A stretch of 12,276 bases of DNA, from contig JABXKD010000093.1 in NCBI GenBank assembly GCA_013375475.1, positions 1 through 12,276 on the forward strand. The letters are read 5' to 3'. A model generated the notes under the pieces. It was not told the origin of the DNA and did not search any database. It saw nothing but the letters and a program-made list of their open reading frames with translations. Position numbers and translations under genes: made by a program. This document shows, one piece after another, positions 7,782 to 12,276 of the stretch. Positions within the stretch are counted from its first letter, which is position 1. Each line of letters begins with the position of its first letter. The DNA comes from Promethearchaeota archaeon (GTDB lineage Archaea; Asgardarchaeota; Lokiarchaeia; Sigyniarchaeales; SOKP01).

Positions 7782-8159
7782 ATGGAATTTATTTTAAATT
7801 CTGTTAGAAGAATTGATAACGATCAAGCAAAAGAGCATGCTTTCGGAACGAAGCAATCCTTAGAAGAGAAAGTAGCCGTAGGTTTTATTAATCCTAAAGA
7901 TTTCGAAAAATTAAATTTAGTTTCAAGTCTACATTTAAAAATGTCGAATAAAGGTAAATATGTAATAGTTAGAGTTGAGAAAGATGAAAACGTTCCTGAA
8001 GGTACGATTGCTATGCCCGTTTCTATATGGTCAAACCAGTTGTCTGTAGTTCAAAACGATGAACTTCTCTATAAAAATATCGTTGTGAATGTGGAAGCCA
8101 CACGCGATCCGATAACGAAATTTGAAGATATCATACAAAAACTCGTGGTGAATAAATAA
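7782..8159 (+). CDS. fwdD: Formylmethanofuran dehydrogenase subunit D-like (molybdopterin dinucleotide-binding domain), divergent
   Basis: MEFILNSVR, INPKDF..L, VPEGTIAMP..W.N, YKNIVV.VE; 125 aa; lies between fwdB and fwdA. Confidence 0.85.
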   Translation: MEFILNSVRRIDNDQAKEHAFGTKQSLEEKVAVGFINPKDFEKLNLVSSLHLKMSNKGKYVIVRVEKDENVPEGTIAMPVSIWSNQLSVVQNDELLYKNIVVNVEATRDPITKFEDIIQKLVVNK

Positions 8160-8160
8160 A

Positions 8161-9825
8161 ATGGTTAGACTTCTTGTGAAAAATGGTTTCGTTTTTGACC
8201 CCTTTAATAAGATTGAGTGCGAAACGAAGGATATTCTAATTGAAGATGGTAAAGTCGTAGATAAATTCGCAAACAGTAAGGATGTTCAAGAAATAGATGC
8301 AAAAGGAAAAACAGTTGTGCCAGCAGCGGTAGAACCTCACGCACATATTGCATCTCAACAACTTAATTGGGTTCGATTACTAGGCTCTGATAACCAAGAT
8401 TTTCAGAATCTTTGGTATGGCTTAGCTTTAAACAATGTTGCTAAAAATTATATCTCAAATGGTTACACTTTTATTCTTGAAGCTAATGTTTTTCCATCGC
8501 TCACGAAACAAACTGTTTTTGATTTAAAACGATTGCCCGTCTTAGACAAAGCTTTCCTGTTAAATCCTAGCAATTTATGGGCTCTAGAGCTTGAATATCA
8601 GAAAGAGATGGTGGAAGAAGGCGCTGTCTTTTTATCAGATCTTTTAGAGAAAGTTAAAGGTTTCGGATTGAAAGCCTACAATCCTTTCGAAGCAGAATAC
8701 TGGAATTGGAAAGTAATGAGAAAAAATATCACAGAAAAAGGAAGATTATTCAACTTCACCCCTATGGACGCGTATGAAAAACTTACAAGATTTGTAGAAT
8801 ATTTAGGATTACCTCACTCTATTCATGCTCATATTGAAGGGTATGAATCCCATATTTCTAAAGAAAACTTACTCTTAACTTTGAATAAGGTAAAATCGCT
8901 CGGGTTAAAACCCAATCCAAAAAACGATTTTGAGATAAAGCGATCTCAAATATTCCATCTTGCACATGGCTCAAGTTATAATATGGATGGGGATAATTCT
9001 GAGTTGATCAAATTTTATAACGAGAATCAAGATTTTGACATGGATTTGGGATTCATAGGGTTTAACGCAATAAATCCACTGATTACTTCCGATCGGCATC
9101 TTATTAACAAACTAATTACTTCAACATATCCGTACAAACTAATTAGATCCTCTGTAGAGTCTGAAGGAGACTCGTTTGCGACCCTTCGAAGATTCAATAA
9201 AAAAAATAAAGAAGATTGCGTAATGTGGGCAAACGCGATTGATTTAGCATTAAACATATCCCCTTGGCAGCTACAATTTTCAGTTAATTATCCTAACTAC
9301 GCAGATATAAAAAATCTTCCCGAAATCGCAAGTTGGCTAATTAGTAACAATGCCCGCGAACAATTTACGAATGATATGGACGCTACCTTTCTAAAAGACA
9401 ATTCTCTCAACAGTAATGATAAGATATTAACATTCAACGATTTTGTTATTCTAACTCGATCGAGCCCTGCTAAATCACTTGGTATTGGTAATATTAAAGG
9501 AAACTTAGGTATAGGAGCTGATGGTGATCTTAATATTCTAAATTTGAATCTGAACGATACTAATATTTCAAAAGATTATGAAAAATTCAAATCTGCTCTC
9601 GGTAATATAGACTACGTAATAAAAGCGGGTGAAGTAATAAAAGATCATGAAAAAATTTACCTAAATAGTTCAGGTAAAATTTTTTGGGCTGCCGGTAAGC
9701 CAGAAAAAGAAGACACTAAATCAATCTTAGCAAAGAAAGAGGCTTTTTACCAAAAACATTATTCGAATTTCTATGATTCTTATACCATAACTATTAATAA
9801 AGAGATACTAAGAAAAATAGCTTAG
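8161..9825 (+). CDS. fwdA: Formylmethanofuran dehydrogenase subunit A-like amidohydrolase (divergent active site)
   Basis: KNGFVFDP.N, HAHIA, GYT..LEA, K..NP, LPHSIH.H, TRSSPAKSLG..KGNLGIGADGD, VIKAGEVI, G.IFW, HYS. Confidence 0.92.
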   Translation: MVRLLVKNGFVFDPFNKIECETKDILIEDGKVVDKFANSKDVQEIDAKGKTVVPAAVEPHAHIASQQLNWVRLLGSDNQDFQNLWYGLALNNVAKNYISNGYTFILEANVFPSLTKQTVFDLKRLPVLDKAFLLNPSNLWALELEYQKEMVEEGAVFLSDLLEKVKGFGLKAYNPFEAEYWNWKVMRKNITEKGRLFNFTPMDAYEKLTRFVEYLGLPHSIHAHIEGYESHISKENLLLTLNKVKSLGLKPNPKNDFEIKRSQIFHLAHGSSYNMDGDNSELIKFYNENQDFDMDLGFIGFNAINPLITSDRHLINKLITSTYPYKLIRSSVESEGDSFATLRRFNKKNKEDCVMWANAIDLALNISPWQLQFSVNYPNYADIKNLPEIASWLISNNAREQFTNDMDATFLKDNSLNSNDKILTFNDFVILTRSSPAKSLGIGNIKGNLGIGADGDLNILNLNLNDTNISKDYEKFKSALGNIDYVIKAGEVIKDHEKIYLNSSGKIFWAAGKPEKEDTKSILAKKEAFYQKHYSNFYDSYTITINKEILRKIA

Positions 9826-10221
9826 AAATAATTTATCTTTAAACTTGAGCCGCATTTTTTACAGAAGGTCTGCTCATCGTTTACATCTGCATTAAAGAAA
9901 GGGAAAAGACTAATTTTTGGTATTAAGTTTCAATTTCATCAGGATATTCATCATTAACGCGCGTTCCCTTTCTTTCCAATTCTTTCAGTTTATTGTATCT
10001 AGCAACTTCATCTTTAGGTAATGTCGATTGTTTAACCTATAGCGTATATGACTAGGGATTCGTTTTTCTGCTTTTGTAGTAGTTTCCGTTGAATCAGATG
10101 TTTTTGCGTAAACATACTTAACTCTTCCCGGTCTTTTTCTCACAACTCGAGTTTTTGATTATCGGAATTGATCAGTTGGTCTTTCCCTTTCGATGCATAA
10201 ATCGCTGCTTTTCGTAATCAT
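9822..10221 (-). pseudogene. Probable decayed ORF ending in a degenerate zinc-ribbon motif
   Basis: ATG at 10221 gives MITKSSDLCIERERPTDQFR* (TAA 10161-10159) then SKTRVVRKRPGRVKYVY.... Other frames give LPKDEVARYNKLKELERKG... and FPFFNADVNDEQTFCKKCGSSLKINYF*. Needs at least one stop and two frameshifts to join. Confidence 0.4.
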
Positions 10222-10310
10222 GGTGATCACTCTCGATGGTTTTGCCCCTAAAAATACTTTGGATAGATGGGAATGATCATCCGTTGTCCGGAATGGTGGA
10301 TTGAAAATAC

Positions 10311-10350
10311 TGAAAAAGTAAGACTTATAAACTTTTTCACTATATATAAA
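10311..10350. promoter_or_regulatory. Divergent promoter region: 9-bp inverted repeat around a TATA-like box, plus a second TATA
   Basis: TGAAAAAGT(10311-10319)-N11-ACTTTTTCA(10331-10339). The minus strand reads GAAAAAG-TTTATAAG (BRE-TATA-like). Plus-strand TATATATAAA at 10341-10350 lies upstream of hdrA. Confidence 0.5.
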
Positions 10351-10423
10351 TTGAGGATATCGAAAGTTAATTGTTAAAATACGATGGAAATATTTCCGAA
10401 AACACTATGGTGATGTTGTAAAA

Positions 10424-10429
10424 GGGTGA
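10424..10429 (+). promoter_or_regulatory. Shine-Dalgarno site of hdrA
   Basis: GGGTGA, 5 nt before ATG 10435. Confidence 0.7.
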
Positions 10430-10434
10430 ATTAA

Positions 10435-12276
10435 ATGTCTGATTTACAGATCAATGTTAGAATCGGTGTTTATATCTGCAGATGAGGAGTTAATATTGCT
10501 AATAGCGTTGATTGCGATATCGTAAGAGACATAGTTGAGATGCTTCCAGATGTAGAAATTGCGAGAGTAAATAATTTCACTTGTAGTGATCCAGGACAGA
10601 ATATTATAAAAGATGATATTTTAGAATTAGATTTAAATCGAATCGTTGTTGCGGCGTGTACTCCAAAAATCCACGAATCTACGTACCGAGCTGTGTTGAT
10701 CGAAGCTGGATTGAGCCCTTATTACTTTCAAATGGTAAACATTCGCGAGCAATGTTCGTTTGTGCACCAAAACGACTTAAAAAATGCCACTGAAAAAGCG
10801 ATAAGAATGGTAATAGGAGGAATAAATCGAGCTCGCCAGTTAGAAATAGTGCCATACGAGGAGATTCCGGTGACGAAAGCTACTTTAATTGTCGGTGCGG
10901 GGATAGCAGGAATGAATGCTGCTTTAGACTTAGCAAATCAAGGTACACCAGTTTATCTTGTCGAAAAAGAAGCTACGATCGGAGGAAAGATGGCACAATT
11001 AGACAGAATCTACCCTACAGACGATTGTGGTATATGAGTTCTGGCACCAATTATGGTAAGCACATCGAAACATCCTAATATAACCTTACTTACCTATAGC
11101 GAAATCGTTGAATTTAGCGGTATTCCAGGAAATTTCAATATAAAAGTGAAAAAGAATCCCCGCTATGTGAACGAAAAAAAATGTACTGGTTGCGGACTAT
11201 GTACGGAAAATTGTCCTATCAAAGTTCCTAACGAATTTAACAGGGGAATTGGCGAAAGAGGTGCAATTTATATACCTTTTCCACAATCTGTACCTAAACT
11301 CGCTATAATAGACAAGACTGTCTGTATTGAATGCAATAGTTGCCAAAGAAATTGTCCTGCCGAAGCAATTGAATTTGACCAACAACCTGAATATATTGAT
11401 TTAAATGTTGGGGCAGTAATAGCAGCAACCGGGTGGGAAGAGTACCCGATTATGAAAAATAATGATTATAAATATGGTATTTATCCTGATGTAATAACTC
11501 AAATAGAGCTAGAGCGCATGTTAAGCCCTATTGGACCCACAGGAGGTCATCTTTTTAGAATTTCTGATGGTAAAAAGCCAAAAATAGTAGCTATGATTCA
11601 ATGTGTAGGTTCAAGATCATTAAAAGGAAATCCTTATTGTTCTGTAGTATGCTGTAGTGTTGCTCTTAAAAACGCTCAACTGTTAAAACAGGAATATCCT
11701 GACATAGAAATTGTCATATTTTACATAGATATGCGCACATGGGATAAAGGTAATGAAGAATACTACAGAAAAGTGAGAGAAGCGGGTATTTTAACAATTA
11801 GGGGAAAAGTAGGAGATATTCAAAAAGATCAAGAAACAAATACATTAAAACTTACAGCCTCTGATACTCTCTCTAATCAAATGGTTAAACTGAATGCTGA
11901 TTTAGTTGTTCTTTCAACTGGTATGGTTCCTTCTAAAAGTTCAGCAAAATTGACTGAAATTTTAGGCTTGAGTAAAGACGGTTATGGGTTTTTAACGGAG
12001 ATACACGGATGTTTAAAACCTCAGGAGACAAGTAATATGGGTATTTTTATATGTGGATGTGCTGCTGGTCCCAAAAACATACCATCTTCAGTCTCAACAG
12101 CTTTGGCTGCCGCAAGTAAGGCTGCTACATTGCTTTCAAAAGACACAATTATTCAACAATTAATGATAGCTGAAATTGACGATGATCTCTGTATGGGATG
12201 TCGTAGATGCGAAAAACTCTGTAATTATAACGCTATAAAAATCAACGGAGACGCAATTGCTGAAGTAGATGGAATA
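10435..12276 (+). CDS. hdrA: Heterodisulfide reductase subunit A (FAD, Fe-S), selenoprotein with two in-frame UGA; 3' end beyond the window
   Basis: A single frame of 614 codons interrupted only by TGA 10483 and TGA 11035: MSDLQINVRIGVYICR(U)GVNIA...FTCS...VVAACTP...NIREQCS...GAGIAG...YPTDDCGI(U)VLAP...CTGCGLCTENCP...CIECNSCQRNCP...ELERML...IQCVGSR...YCSVVCC.VALK...GPKNIP...CMGCRRCEKLC. Confidence 0.95.
10483..10485 (+). other. Putative selenocysteine codon 1 (HdrA residue 17, CxU)
   Basis: TGA at the second Cys of the conserved GVYxCHCGxNI motif. Confidence 0.85.
11035..11037 (+). other. Putative selenocysteine codon 2 (HdrA residue 201, CxxU)
   Basis: TGA at the second Cys of the conserved PTxDCxxCILxP motif. 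Confidence 0.9.

Noticed and set aside
9027-9257. 76-aa minus-strand ORF
   Set aside because: Antisense shadow within fwdA.
10232-10283. Fluoride (crcB) riboswitch-like words GATGG...GCC..AAA...TGAT
   Set aside because: The P1 stem and pseudoknot do not pair, the GAC/CCU end is missing, and no fluoride-related gene follows.
10540-11037. 165-aa stand-alone ORF, or hdrA as a pseudogene
   Set aside because: It is the segment between two TGA codons that both fall on conserved Cys. The rest of the frame is intact, which fits Sec recoding far better than decay.
11197-11385. 62-aa minus-strand ORF
   Set aside because: Antisense to the hdrA ferredoxin insert.
1-12276. CRISPR arrays, tRNA/rRNA, transposases
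   Set aside because: No regularly spaced repeats, cloverleaf or transposase motifs seen by eye.

Overview
AT-rich archaeal window (GGTGA-type Shine-Dalgarno sites, TATA/BRE-like promoters). A Lokiarchaeia/Asgard origin is plausible but is inference only. From left to right it holds: a partial Mrp/NBP35 ATPase (- strand); an unknown 305-aa protein; a short radical SAM protein whose true start lies upstream of the ORF call; an 'orange protein' (ORP)-like module of two NifB/NifX (MTH1175-like) proteins and two MinD-type ATPases with inserted ferredoxin domains; a formylmethanofuran dehydrogenase-like operon (FeS-domain::FwdG fusion, fwdB, fwdD, fwdA, no fwdC); a decayed zinc-ribbon ORF; and the 5' part of hdrA. 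Main points: (1) hdrA reads through two in-frame TGA codons at conserved Cys positions, so it is very likely a two-selenocysteine protein that the ORF track fragments. (2) FwdB, FwdA and FwdD are intact genes but together lack key catalytic or pterin-contact residues, which suggests a pseudo-enzyme or repurposed Fwd-like complex. (3) Two genes have a well-placed SD followed by a non-canonical codon (ACG, TTA). Reference residue numbers and motifs are recalled from memory and need checking by alignment.
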